Source of the DNA: Rhodothermales bacterium
GTDB taxonomy: Bacteria > Bacteroidota > Rhodothermia > Rhodothermales > VXPQ01
Direction: 5' to 3'
NCBI GenBank assembly: GCA_040904565.1
Contig: JBBDTI010000018.1
Coordinates: forward strand, 1-50,901
Length of the DNA stretch: 50,901 nucleotides
Shown here: in pieces, positions 1 through 9,230 of the stretch
How the letters are laid out: each line of letters begins with the position of its first letter
Numbering within the stretch: the first letter of the stretch is position 1
Position numbers and translations under genes: made by a program
The notes under the pieces: generated by a model
What the model saw: only the letters and a program-made list of their open reading frames with translations
Database searches by the model: none
What the model was told of the DNA's origin: nothing

Positions 1-2
1 AC

Positions 3-236
3 AGTTACATCGCCAGCGGCAGGGTCGACGCGGACGAGCTGCGTGACCGATTCGAGGTCGATCTTCCCGAGGGGGATTACGAGACCGTCGCGGGATACAT
101 CCTCGAACGGCTGGGTTCCATTCCCAGCCCGCACGAACAGTTCATCTTCGATGGGTACAGGTTCGACGTACTCAAGGCGACGACGAACAGAATCGACCTG
201 GTTCGAATCACGCGCCTGGAAGACCCCGATGAATGA
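3..236 (+). CDS. 3' end (partial) of a hemolysin/CBS-CorC_HlyC transporter-associated domain protein
   Basis: Own translation of frame 3, missing from the ORF track because it has no start: SYIASGRVDADELRDRFEVDLPEGDYETVAGYILERLGSIP...RFDVLKATTNRIDLVRI*, the typical CorC_HlyC pattern; TGA at 234-236. Confidence 0.85.
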   Translation, partial: SYIASGRVDADELRDRFEVDLPEGDYETVAGYILERLGSIPSPHEQFIFDGYRFDVLKATTNRIDLVRITRLEDPDE

Positions 237-321
237 GCCTGCGAGGGAGCGGCCGGAGAAGGGACCGATGGGGGAATCCGCGATGAGTCAGCAGGTGTGA
301 GAACGCTCCGCATTTCATCCG

Positions 322-870
322 TCAGCTTCCGTTCGAGCTCTTCCGGCAATAGGCCAGCACGAGCTTCAGATGGGTCAACAGCGGCGCGACCAATTCGAGT
401 TTCCGCAGCCGCTCGGAGGGCATTTCGGGAAGTTTTGGCGGACTGATCCGTCCCATCCACAGTGCCATTTTTTCGGTCAGCACCTTTTCACCGGGAAACT
501 GATTCTCGGGGAAATGTACCCGGTAGAATTCGTGCTTTCTTTCTAGCCGGCGGAAGACGTCATCGGCTGCGTCGGCGATCGAGGGGTCGCTCCGATCCAG
601 CAGCTCACCGCCCAGCAGGTAATCGCGATAGACGTACGGAAGGTTCTCCAGGACGTCCACAACCGGATCCCCTGCCTCGGGGGCTGCGCGCAACCCCACG
701 GCAGCCGCGCGAGCCGTCGTCGTCGCAACGAGACAGAGCGTCTCCTCCGCGACGAGATCAGGCTCTGCTCCTTCGACATCAGACAACACGGCGCCGGCCA
801 GCTCCTGCGTGACGCTCAAAACGCCCAGCGAAGAGAACGCAATGACGTGCCCCAACAGATCACTCGACAT
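322..870 (-). CDS. hypothetical protein, 182 aa
   Basis: Protein-like composition; ATG 9 bp downstream of the floA stop; no recognisable motif. Confidence 0.7.
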   Translation of the reverse strand: MSSDLLGHVIAFSSLGVLSVTQELAGAVLSDVEGAEPDLVAEETLCLVATTTARAAAVGLRAAPEAGDPVVDVLENLPYVYRDYLLGGELLDRSDPSIADAADDVFRRLERKHEFYRVHFPENQFPGEKVLTEKMALWMGRISPPKLPEMPSERLRKLELVAPLLTHLKLVLAYCRKSSNGS

Positions 871-879
871 GCGTTCGGT

Positions 880-1869
880 CTAGTCCTCGTCGCTCTCCGT
901 ACCTTCGCGACCGATGGAATCCCGCATCCGCGTATCGGCCTCTACGTTCCGAAGCCTGTAATAATCCATCACGCCCAGATTGCCGCTCCGCAGAGCGTCC
1001 GCGAGCGCCATCGGCACCTCCGCTTCGGCACCCACAACTCTGGCTCGCTGCTCCTGAACGGCGGCCCGCATCTCCTGTTCTCGAGCAACCGCTGACGCGC
1101 GGCGTTCCTCCGCCTTCGCCCGGGCAACCTGCAGGTCGGCCTCGGCCTGGTCCGTCTGAAGCTGTGCGCCGATATTCTCACCTACGTCGACGTCGGCGAT
1201 ATCTATGGAAAGAATTTCGAAGGCCGTTCCGGAATCGAGCCCCTTTGACAGTACCACCTTCGAGATCGAGTCCGGATTCTCGAGCACGAGAGCGTGCGTC
1301 TCGGACGATCCAATGGTCGACACGATACCCTCTCCAACGCGGGCGATAATCGTTTCCTCTCCGGCACCACCGACCAGACGCTCGATGTTGGCCCGAACGG
1401 TAACGCGGGCAATCGCGCGCACCTGGATGCCGTCTTTCGCAATGGCGGAGATCGGCGGGGTCTCGATCACCTTGGGATTTACCGAGACCTGCACGGCCTC
1501 GAAAACGTCGCGCCCGGCCAGATCGATGGCCGTCGCCCGTTCGAAGGTCAGATCGATGTTCGCCTTATCGGCCGAGATGAGTGCATTGACGACCTTTTGT
1601 ATGTCCCCGCCCGCCAGATAGTGTGCTTCGAGCTGCGGCGTGTCGACGTAGATGCCGGCCTTGTGCGCCGTGATGAGCGGTTTGACGATCGTGGCGGGCG
1701 GAACCTTGCGAAGGCGCATGCCGACGAGGTCGCGGACCAGCTTGATCCGCACACCCGAGAAGTACGCCGTCACCCACAGGCCGATGGGCACGAAGTACAG
1801 GAAAAACAGCAGGAAAAGGACGACCAGGGCGATAACGAGCAAGCCGGTCGTCGTAAAGAGGGTGGTCAT
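880..1869 (-). CDS. floA: flotillin-like protein FloA (YqfA/UPF0365)
   Basis: N-terminal TM helix; [66 protein letters not shown] and GNLGVMDYY motifs. Confidence 0.95.
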   Translation of the reverse strand: MTTLFTTTGLLVIALVVLFLLFFLYFVPIGLWVTAYFSGVRIKLVRDLVGMRLRKVPPATIVKPLITAHKAGIYVDTPQLEAHYLAGGDIQKVVNALISADKANIDLTFERATAIDLAGRDVFEAVQVSVNPKVIETPPISAIAKDGIQVRAIARVTVRANIERLVGGAGEETIIARVGEGIVSTIGSSETHALVLENPDSISKVVLSKGLDSGTAFEILSIDIADVDVGENIGAQLQTDQAEADLQVARAKAEERRASAVAREQEMRAAVQEQRARVVGAEAEVPMALADALRSGNLGVMDYYRLRNVEADTRMRDSIGREGTESDED

Positions 1870-1935
1870 AAGAGGTGCCAGAGGTTAGATCGTCAGCTTG
1901 TATAGCGTCCCAAACGTTCGCGCAGCGGGACGCGC

Positions 1936-2439
1936 TCAGGATTCGTCCTCATCCGGACTTTTCCGATAATCGCCGCTCATGCCGCCCGTCTTTGCGATCA
2001 GGTGGATGTCCGTGATGCGGAGTTCTTTCGAAATCGACTTGCACATGTCGTAGACCGTGAGCGACGCGATCGACACCGCCGTCAGCGCCTCCATCTCGAC
2101 GCCGGTCTGACCGACGCTCTTCGCGTACGCTCGCACTTCGACGGCAAAATCTTCTTCTTCGAGCGAAAGCTCGACGTCTACCCCCTTCAGGTGCAGATCG
2201 TGACAGAGCGGGATCAGCTTGCTCGTCTGCTTTGCACCCATGATTCCCGCGATTTGGGCGACGGAGAGGACATCTCCCTTCCGGATGCTTTTTTCATCGA
2301 CGGCACGGTATGCCTCCTCACCGAGCAAAACGCGTCCGGATGCGAGCGCCGTTCTGACGGTGTCCGGCTTCGAGCCTACATCCACCATCTGCACGCCGCC
2401 CTGGGGGTTTACGTGAGTCAGTGTGGGCGTATCTGTCAT
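1936..2439 (-). CDS. moaC: cyclic pyranopterin monophosphate synthase MoaC
   Basis: LTH, MVDV, KGDVL, LIPLCH, TGVEMEALT, YDMCK and KTGG motifs; start moved to ATG at 2439 (MTDTPTLTH). Confidence 0.95.
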   Translation of the reverse strand: MTDTPTLTHVNPQGGVQMVDVGSKPDTVRTALASGRVLLGEEAYRAVDEKSIRKGDVLSVAQIAGIMGAKQTSKLIPLCHDLHLKGVDVELSLEEEDFAVEVRAYAKSVGQTGVEMEALTAVSIASLTVYDMCKSISKELRITDIHLIAKTGGMSGDYRKSPDEDES

Positions 2440-2626
2440 AGTATGCGATGCAAAGGTCCGTGGAGAAGATAGACGCGCACTGCGAAGATAGGAGCGCGTC
2501 ATTCGATCGGCAAGGCGAAATCGCCGAACCAACCGAGCTGCACGTTCGACGTCCGCCATGAGGATCCTTAGATGTTCGTCAACCTCGGATGATCCGTTCG
2601 CGGACGCGATTCGGCGCCGCGACCCG

Positions 2627-3082
2627 CTAGGCCGGTTCGTGCCGCCGTTCGACCCAGAAGGTCACCGGCCCGTCATTGGTGAGGTGTACGTCCATCATCG
2701 CACCGAAAACGCCGGTTTCGACGGGCAGGCCGACCTGCTCGCGCAGCAGCTCCACGAACCGCTTGTAGAGTACCCTGGCCTTTTTCGGTCCGGCCGCGCG
2801 ATCGAAGGATGGGCGGTTGCCGCGTTCGACATCTCCGTACAAGGTGAACTGTGGAACGATGAGGGCCTCCCCGCCGACGTCCGTGATGGAACGGTTCATC
2901 TTGTCCTCGTCGTCGGCGAAGATGCGGAGGTTCGCACACTTGTGCGCCAGCCACGACGCTTCTTCCTCCGTATCCTCCTCATGCACGCCGAGAAGGACGA
3001 GCATGCCGGGCCCGATTGAACCGACCGTTTCGCCCGACACCTCAACCGAAGCATGCCGCACGCGCTGAATGAGAGCTACCAT
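2627..3082 (-). CDS. dtd: D-aminoacyl-tRNA deacylase
   Basis: QRV, LRIF.D...KMN.S, PQFTL, GNRPSF, FGAMMDV.LTNDGPVT motifs. Confidence 0.96.
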   Translation of the reverse strand: MVALIQRVRHASVEVSGETVGSIGPGMLVLLGVHEEDTEEEASWLAHKCANLRIFADDEDKMNRSITDVGGEALIVPQFTLYGDVERGNRPSFDRAAGPKKARVLYKRFVELLREQVGLPVETGVFGAMMDVHLTNDGPVTFWVERRHEPA

Positions 3083-3144
3083 GACGAAGAAAACATACCT
3101 GGTTCGAGCTTCTGACGCAGGTCGACCGGCGCGGCTACCGCCGC

Positions 3145-3729
3145 CTATTCCAGTCGGTCCCTAAGGTAGTCCGCCAGCAGCCGAAGTGCCCGTCCACGGT
3201 GACTCACCTCATTTTTTTCGTCGGCGCTGAGCTCGGCGAACGTGCGATCGGCGTCTTCCGGCACGAAAATCGAATCGTAGCCGAAGCCTCCCGTACCACG
3301 CTCCTCATCGATGATGCGGCCGCGGCAGATTCCCTCGAACTGATGGACGCCGGCTCGGTCGACGAATGCAATCACCGTCCTGAAGCGGGCCGCCCGATCG
3401 CCGGCGCCGTCGAGCTCATCCAAGAGCTTTCGGCGATTGGCCGCATCGTCCGCCTTCGGTCCGGCATACCTAGCCGATCGAACGCCCGGGCGGCCCTCCA
3501 GCCGATCCACTTCGAGTCCCGTGTCGTCCGCCAGGGCAGGAAGACCTGAATAGGCATGCAGCACGTCCGCCTTCTTGCGCGCGTTCCCTTCCAGCGTATC
3601 CGCATCCTCCTCGACGTCAGGCGGGTCGTCGAGATCCAGCGCGGAAATCAGTTCGACCGGAAGGTCGGACAGCAACGAGCGCATCTCGCTTACCTTCCCC
3701 GCATTTCGGGTGGCCAATAGGATCTTCAT
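3145..3729 (-). CDS. rdgB: non-canonical purine NTP pyrophosphatase (RdgB/HAM1)
   Basis: ATRNAGK, ADDTGL, PGVRSAR, GFGYD.IF, EKNEVSHR motifs; start at ATG 3729 (MKILLAT), so the ORF-track extension over rpsU is spurious. Confidence 0.95.
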   Translation of the reverse strand: MKILLATRNAGKVSEMRSLLSDLPVELISALDLDDPPDVEEDADTLEGNARKKADVLHAYSGLPALADDTGLEVDRLEGRPGVRSARYAGPKADDAANRRKLLDELDGAGDRAARFRTVIAFVDRAGVHQFEGICRGRIIDEERGTGGFGYDSIFVPEDADRTFAELSADEKNEVSHRGRALRLLADYLRDRLE

Positions 3730-3880
3730 GAACACCTGCTGATAGCCTGTTAGAACGTACCGTGAAACGTCAAAGCTGGGGAGCCACCGTGAAACAATAC
3801 CAGGGGCCCTCTGGTTTTGGGATTGGATATTACTTATGCTAAAAAGCTGTTCGGCAATCCAAATTTGATGAATACGATCT

Positions 3881-3890
3881 AGAGAGGAGG
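3881..3890 (+). promoter_or_regulatory. extended Shine-Dalgarno sequence of rpsU (AGAGAGGAGG)
   Basis: Ends 8 nt before the TTG start at 3899; complementary to a CCUCCUUUCU-type 16S 3' end with one G-U pair (the 16S is not in the window). Confidence 0.75.
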
Positions 3891-3898
3891 GGTTAATC

Positions 3899-4093
3899 TT
3901 GTCAGTAGGAGTTAAAGTTCGAGACAACGAAAACATCGACCGTGCGCTGCGCCGTTTTAAGCGCGCCGTCAATCGCAGCCGCGTACTTCGCATCTACCGT
4001 TCGAACATGTCGTTCACGAAGCCGTCGGAAGAGCGCCGCATCGCCCGTGAGAAAGCGAATCGAATGGCCCGTCGGCACTCGCGTAACTATTAA
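3899..4093 (+). CDS. rpsU: 30S ribosomal protein bS21
   Basis: 64 aa basic protein; ENIDRALRRFKR...FTKPSEERR signature; TTG start with strong SD. Confidence 0.95.
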   Translation: MSVGVKVRDNENIDRALRRFKRAVNRSRVLRIYRSNMSFTKPSEERRIAREKANRMARRHSRNY

Positions 4094-4245
4094 GCTGGGA
4101 CTCTGGCTGGCTCTCGAGGGCGCTCACCGAGCGCCCTCGATGGGATGCAGGCCGTGATGGCTATCATTCCCGCGCCGGGCTGTTGCATCGCAGCGGTTCC
4201 GATATGACGCCTGTCATGAAAAAGGGCGAACCCGTCGAGCCCAGC
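4094..4245. ncRNA. candidate structured RNA element downstream of rpsU
   Basis: Closing stem GCTGGG(A)CTC 4094-4103 / GAGCCCAGC 4237-4245 encloses a perfect 12-bp hairpin (4114-4140) and further hairpins (4177-4199, 4204-4217). Confidence 0.3.
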
Positions 4246-4271
4246 ACGCCGAACCGTGAAGCATGGTAAGC

Positions 4272-4303
4272 AAAAGGCACCGCCGCCGGCGCTGCCTTTT
4301 TTT
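4272..4303. terminator. probable bidirectional intrinsic terminator between convergent rpsU and sucA
   Basis: AAAAGGCA-CCGCCGCCGGCGC-TGCCTTTTTTT: GC stem with a T-run on the + side and an A-run on the other side. Confidence 0.75.
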
Positions 4304-4419
4304 ATTGCACCGCTTGTTCCGGGCCGCCTTTTCCGGGCCGCCTTTTCCTCGACAAGTCCCGTGGTCGAAAGTGGCCAGGATGGATCCCGCGTCGCCACCA
4401 TCGCTTCCCGAGACCGGTG

Positions 4420-7400
4420 CTAACCCAGACCGAGCGCCGTCGTCACGATCTCCTGCTGCTCCGCCTTGTGCACGCGGGCGCTGCCCGTAGCCGTGCTCGC
4501 GCTGGCGTTGCGGCCCACATAGCGGACGCGACGGCTGCAATCCCCCTGGACATCCTCGAGTATGTCGTTCAGCCGGTGTCGCATGTAGCTCCATCCTCCC
4601 ATGTTCGCGGGCTCTTCCTGAACCCAGATCACGTCTCCGGCGCCCCGGTACCGCTCGATCACCTCGCGCACGTCGGCCTCGGGAAATGGATAGAACTGTT
4701 CGATCCGCGTGATCGCGAGCGGCATGTCGCCGGCATCCCCTAGGGCCTCGACGAGATCGTAGTATATCTTGCCGCTGCAGAGCAGGTGGCGCTCGACGGA
4801 CCTCGGGTCGGCGTCCGAGCCGATCACCTTCTGAAACCTGCCGCCGGTGAATTCCTCGGGCCCCGAAACGACCATGGGATGGCGCAGCAGGCTCTTCGGA
4901 GCCATGACGACGAGTGGCTTACGCACATCCCTGTGGGTCTGCCTCCGGAGCGCGTGGAAATAGTTGGCCGGCGTCGTACAATTGCACACGATCATATTGT
5001 TCTCGGCACACATCTGAAGGAAACGCTCCAGGCGGGCGCTCGAGTGCTCGGGACCCTGACCTTCGTATCCGTGCGGCAGCAGCACGACGAGGCTGCTGCG
5101 CTGCCCCCACTTTTCCTCAGCGGCGGAAAGAAACTGATCGAACACGATCTGCGCCCCGTTGGCGAAATCCCCGAACTGGGCCTCCCAGATGACGAGCGCG
5201 GACGGATCACCGACCGAATAGCCGTATTCGAAACCCAGTACGGCGTACTCGGACAGCAGGCTGTCGTAGATGAGTAGTTTTGCCTGCTCGTCCCGGATAT
5301 TGTTCAGCGGGATATATTCCCCTCCGTCCTCCTGATCGTAGAGTACGGCGTGACGCTGGCTGAACGTGGCACGGCGAGAATCCTGTCCGCTCAGCCGCAC
5401 CGTCGTGTTTTCGAGCAGGAGCGAGCCGAAGGCCAGTGCTTCCGCGAATGCCCAATCGATCTTCTTCTCTTCGAAATACAGCTTTCCCCGTCGCTGGAAC
5501 TGGCGCACCAGCTTCTTGTGCACGTTGAAATCGTCCGGCAGGTCGACGAGCGCGCGGACCGTATCCTCCAGGTCCTCTTCTTCCGCCTTCGTTTCGACTT
5601 CGAGCAGTTCCGGCGATTCCGTCGTCCGCGTCTGGAGCAGATCGAACCGCTCGGCAACGTCCTTGGTATCCAGTTCTTTCGTGCGATCGAACGCTTCCTG
5701 GAGCCGCTCGCGATAGTCGTCGAGCATCTGCTCGGCCTCATCGAGTTCCATCTCGCCCCGACGCAGCAGCACCTCCGTATAGAGCTTTCTCGGCGACCGC
5801 TTCTCATCGATCTTTTTGTAGAGCAGCGGCTGCGTGTAGGTCGGCTCGTCGCCCTCATTGTGCCCGTGCACGCGGTAGCACAACATGTCGATCACGACGT
5901 CCTTGTTGAAGACGTTGCGGTAATCGAGAGCGAGCCGGGCCACACGCATGCAGGCCTCGGGGTCGTCGCCGTTCACGTGAATGATCGGCGCCTGGATCGT
6001 CCGCGCCACGTCCGTCGCGTAGGTCGAGCTGCGGGCATCGGAAGGGGTCGTCGTGAATCCGATCTGGTTGTTGATGATGACGTGGATCGTCCCGCCGGTC
6101 TTATATCCGCGGAGCTGGCTTAGATTCAGGGTCTCCGTCACCACCCCCTGGCCGGCAAACGCCGCATCGCCATGTAGGAGCAGTGGGATAACGGCATCCG
6201 TATAGTCGCCCTGCGGCGCGCCTTCCTGCAGGTTGCGCATCAGCTCCTGGCGAGCCCGCACCATGCCCTCAACGATTGGATTGACTGCCTCGAGATGACT
6301 CGGATTGGAGGCCAGCGTCACCTTGACCTTCGCTCCGGAGGGCGACTCGTGTTCTCCGCGCGCTCCAAGGTGGTATTTCACGTCCCCGGATCCCTGCGTC
6401 GTATTCGGGTCGATATTCCCCTCGAACTCGGAGAAGATGGCCTCGTAGGGTTTGTTGAGGATGTTCGCGAGGACGTTGAGCCGGCCGCGATGAGCCATCC
6501 CGATGACCACCTCCTCCGTCTCCTGCTCGGCCGCGTCGGAGAGCATCGAGTCGAGCAGCGGGATAACCGACTCGGCGCCTTCCAGCGAGAAGCGCTTGTG
6601 GCCGATGTACTTCGTGTGAATGAACCGCTCGAAAGCTTCCGCCGCATTGAGCTTCTGTAGGATGCGCCGCTTGGCTTCCGGGGTAACCGGCTCCTCACAC
6701 CGCGTCGGCTCGAGCCGTTCCTGCAGCCACCGCTTCTCGGTCGGATCGGAAATGTGCATGTACTCGATGCCCACCTTGCGGGAATACGTGTCGCGCACGA
6801 TCTCTATCACGTCCCGCAGCGGTAACTTGTCCTTTCCACTCAGCCCGCCCGTGACGAAATTGCGATCCAGATCCCAGATCGTCAGCCCGTACTGCGCCGG
6901 GTCGAGCTCGGGATGGTAGATCCAGCTGTAGCCGAGCGGATTGACGTCTGCCTGCAGGTGGCCCCGGACCCGATAGGCACGGATGAACTGCAGAACCCGC
7001 GCCTGCTTGTCGACCATGTCCAGCTCCTCGCCCTGTTCGCTCGTACCGAGCTGGGGCGTGGTATCCCTGGACAGCGCGTAGGGCTGATACGGGATGGTGA
7101 GGTGCTCGAAGACCTCCTGGTAAAACTCGTGCTTGCCGAGGAGCAGGTCGGCCATGTACGATAGAAAGGCGCCGCTCTCCGCTCCCTGAATCACGCGGTG
7201 GTCGTACGTGGAGGAGATCGTCATCACTTCGGAAATGCCGACCTTGCTTACCGATTCCGGCGGATAGGCGTAGTATTCGGGAGGGTACCCGATGGCTCCG
7301 GCGCCGATAATTACGCCCTGCCCCGGCATCAGCCGTGCGACGCTCATCGTCGTACCGATCATGCCCGGATTCGTCAGCGTGGCCGTCGTTCCCTCGAAAT

Positions 7401-8100
7401 CTGAGATCTCGAGGTTTCCGTCGCGTGCCCGCTTGACGATGTCGTTGTAGATGCCCAGCAGCTGCGCGAAGGTCATCCGGTCCGCACCCTTGATGTTGGG
7501 CACGAGCAGCGTCCGCTTGCCGCGCCGCTCGATGTCGATCGCGAGGCCGAGATTGACCTGCTGGGGTCGGACGTGCTGCGGCGTTCCGTCCTCGTGGCGG
7601 AACGTCGTGTTCATGTTCGGAAACTTCTGGAACGCCTTGACGACGGCCCATGCAATCAGGTGGGTATAGGACACCTTTTCGCCGCCTTTATAGCGCTGGT
7701 AGGCGTTGATCAGCCGCCGATTCTCGCTCATCAGCTTGACGGGAATCGTACGAATGGAGGTCGCCGTCGGCACGCCGAGACTGGCCTCCATGTTTTCGAC
7801 GATCTTCGCCCTGGCGCCCCGAATGGCTTCGACCTCCGTGTCCGGCTCCGACGGGGTCGGTGCCGACGCGGGCTTAACGGGTTCGGGAAGTGCCCCGTCG
7901 CCCTCCGGCGGGGCCTTCACGACGACCTGGCCTCCGGATGGGATGCTCCCCGAACGAGCTTCCGTGGCAGCCAGGAAGGACTCGCTGGGACGATAATCGG
8001 CAAAAAAGTCGCGCCAGCTTTCGCTTACGCTGTCCGGATCGTCGAGATACTGCCGGTAGAGCTCCTCAATATATCCGGTGTTGAATCCGAGCGAACTCAC
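4420..8100 (-). CDS. sucA: multifunctional 2-oxoglutarate dehydrogenase E1 with fused succinyltransferase-like domain (Kgd/OdhA type)
   Basis: 1226 aa; N-terminal YIEELY..Y..DP.SV...W..FF; E2-like domain ending STYDHRVIQGAESG; E1 motifs KRFSLEG, GMAHRGRLN, GDVKYH, HGDAAFAGQG, WEAQFGDF, GQGPEHSS. Confidence 0.95.
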   Translation of the reverse strand: MSSLGFNTGYIEELYRQYLDDPDSVSESWRDFFADYRPSESFLAATEARSGSIPSGGQVVVKAPPEGDGALPEPVKPASAPTPSEPDTEVEAIRGARAKIVENMEASLGVPTATSIRTIPVKLMSENRRLINAYQRYKGGEKVSYTHLIAWAVVKAFQKFPNMNTTFRHEDGTPQHVRPQQVNLGLAIDIERRGKRTLLVPNIKGADRMTFAQLLGIYNDIVKRARDGNLEISDFEGTTATLTNPGMIGTTMSVARLMPGQGVIIGAGAIGYPPEYYAYPPESVSKVGISEVMTISSTYDHRVIQGAESGAFLSYMADLLLGKHEFYQEVFEHLTIPYQPYALSRDTTPQLGTSEQGEELDMVDKQARVLQFIRAYRVRGHLQADVNPLGYSWIYHPELDPAQYGLTIWDLDRNFVTGGLSGKDKLPLRDVIEIVRDTYSRKVGIEYMHISDPTEKRWLQERLEPTRCEEPVTPEAKRRILQKLNAAEAFERFIHTKYIGHKRFSLEGAESVIPLLDSMLSDAAEQETEEVVIGMAHRGRLNVLANILNKPYEAIFSEFEGNIDPNTTQGSGDVKYHLGARGEHESPSGAKVKVTLASNPSHLEAVNPIVEGMVRARQELMRNLQEGAPQGDYTDAVIPLLLHGDAAFAGQGVVTETLNLSQLRGYKTGGTIHVIINNQIGFTTTPSDARSSTYATDVARTIQAPIIHVNGDDPEACMRVARLALDYRNVFNKDVVIDMLCYRVHGHNEGDEPTYTQPLLYKKIDEKRSPRKLYTEVLLRRGEMELDEAEQMLDDYRERLQEAFDRTKELDTKDVAERFDLLQTRTTESPELLEVETKAEEEDLEDTVRALVDLPDDFNVHKKLVRQFQRRGKLYFEEKKIDWAFAEALAFGSLLLENTTVRLSGQDSRRATFSQRHAVLYDQEDGGEYIPLNNIRDEQAKLLIYDSLLSEYAVLGFEYGYSVGDPSALVIWEAQFGDFANGAQIVFDQFLSAAEEKWGQRSSLVVLLPHGYEGQGPEHSSARLERFLQMCAENNMIVCNCTTPANYFHALRRQTHRDVRKPLVVMAPKSLLRHPMVVSGPEEFTGGRFQKVIGSDADPRSVERHLLCSGKIYYDLVEALGDAGDMPLAITRIEQFYPFPEADVREVIERYRGAGDVIWVQEEPANMGGWSYMRHRLNDILEDVQGDCSRRVRYVGRNASASTATGSARVHKAEQQEIVTTALGLG

Positions 8101-8228
8101 GTTATTCTCGCGTCTTGTGTGTAGGTATCAAGTATGGTCAACGAATCGCATATCCTTCGGTTCGGCAGACGTGCAGCACCGCGATAAGATGGCCGCAAGA
8201 CCTGGCGGACGCCCCGACCGCCGCGCGG

Positions 8229-9209
8229 CTACAGCCATCCCTCTCGCTCGTACCATCGTATCGTCGCCGCGACCCCATCCTCGAGCGACGTTGGCGCACG
8301 ATAGCCAAACTCACTACGGGCCTTCCGGATCGAGCACATCTTGCACGTATGAAGCAGCTCCCGTGCCTTCTCCCGATTGAACGGCGGATACTCGCCCATG
8401 AGGCGCGCGCCGAATTCGACGGCCGCTCCGGCAGCCCCTACCAGAGCTGGCGGCACGGTCACGGTCCACGCCGAACGCCCTAGCGCATCCGTCGCCGCAT
8501 CCTTGACGTCGTTCCAGGAGTAGAATCGCTCGCTCCCGAGAAAGTAGGTCTCCCCTACCGTCGCATCCGCCTCGGCGGCGTCGACGATGCCCGCTGCCAG
8601 GTCGCGTACGAAGACGAGGCTCAATACCTGCTCGTCCGCCGGACCGACGACCGGACAAACACCCCGCTTCAGCGTCTTGAAAAACGTGTATATGTCGGCC
8701 TCTCGCGGTCCGTATACGGCAGGTGGACGCACGATCACGACGGGCAAACGTCCTTTGAATGCCTCCAGCGCCCGTTCCATCTCCATCTTGCTGCGACCGT
8801 AGCGGCTGATAGGACGGAGCGGGGTCGCTTCGGTCGCTACACCGTCCTCGCAGGCTCCCACCGCGGCGAGGCTGCTCGTGGCGACGATGCGGTGGACGGA
8901 TGGATTGACGCGCGTCACGACGTCCATCAATCGGACCGTCGCCTCGACGTTGCTCCGATGGAACGTGGCCCAGTCCCTCGCCCGCGTCACACCTGCAATG
9001 TGGAAGACCACGTCCACATCGCGCACGGCGTCGGCTATCAGCTGTTCGTCGAACAGATCGCCGCGCACCGGTCGAACATCCATCCCTTCCAGCCACTTAC
9101 GCTCCGTCCGAACGAGACATCGCACGTCTGCGTACGCTCTCCGCTGCAGCTCCTCGACGAGATGGGACCCCACGAATCCGGTCCCTCCGGTCACAAATGC
9201 CGATTTCAT
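8229..9209 (-). CDS. NAD-dependent epimerase/dehydratase (extended SDR)
   Basis: TGGTGFVG Rossmann motif, SSLAA, YGRSK catalytic motif, RPPAVYGP. Confidence 0.9.
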   Translation of the reverse strand: MKSAFVTGGTGFVGSHLVEELQRRAYADVRCLVRTERKWLEGMDVRPVRGDLFDEQLIADAVRDVDVVFHIAGVTRARDWATFHRSNVEATVRLMDVVTRVNPSVHRIVATSSLAAVGACEDGVATEATPLRPISRYGRSKMEMERALEAFKGRLPVVIVRPPAVYGPREADIYTFFKTLKRGVCPVVGPADEQVLSLVFVRDLAAGIVDAAEADATVGETYFLGSERFYSWNDVKDAATDALGRSAWTVTVPPALVGAAGAAVEFGARLMGEYPPFNREKARELLHTCKMCSIRKARSEFGYRAPTSLEDGVAATIRWYEREGWL

Positions 9210-9230
9210 AGGCTCACTACGTCAAGGCAA

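Noticed and set aside
3730-3993. Long N-terminal extension of RdgB overlapping rpsU
   Set aside because: Family similarity begins at ATG 3729; the extension crosses an AT-rich promoter region and is antisense to rpsU.
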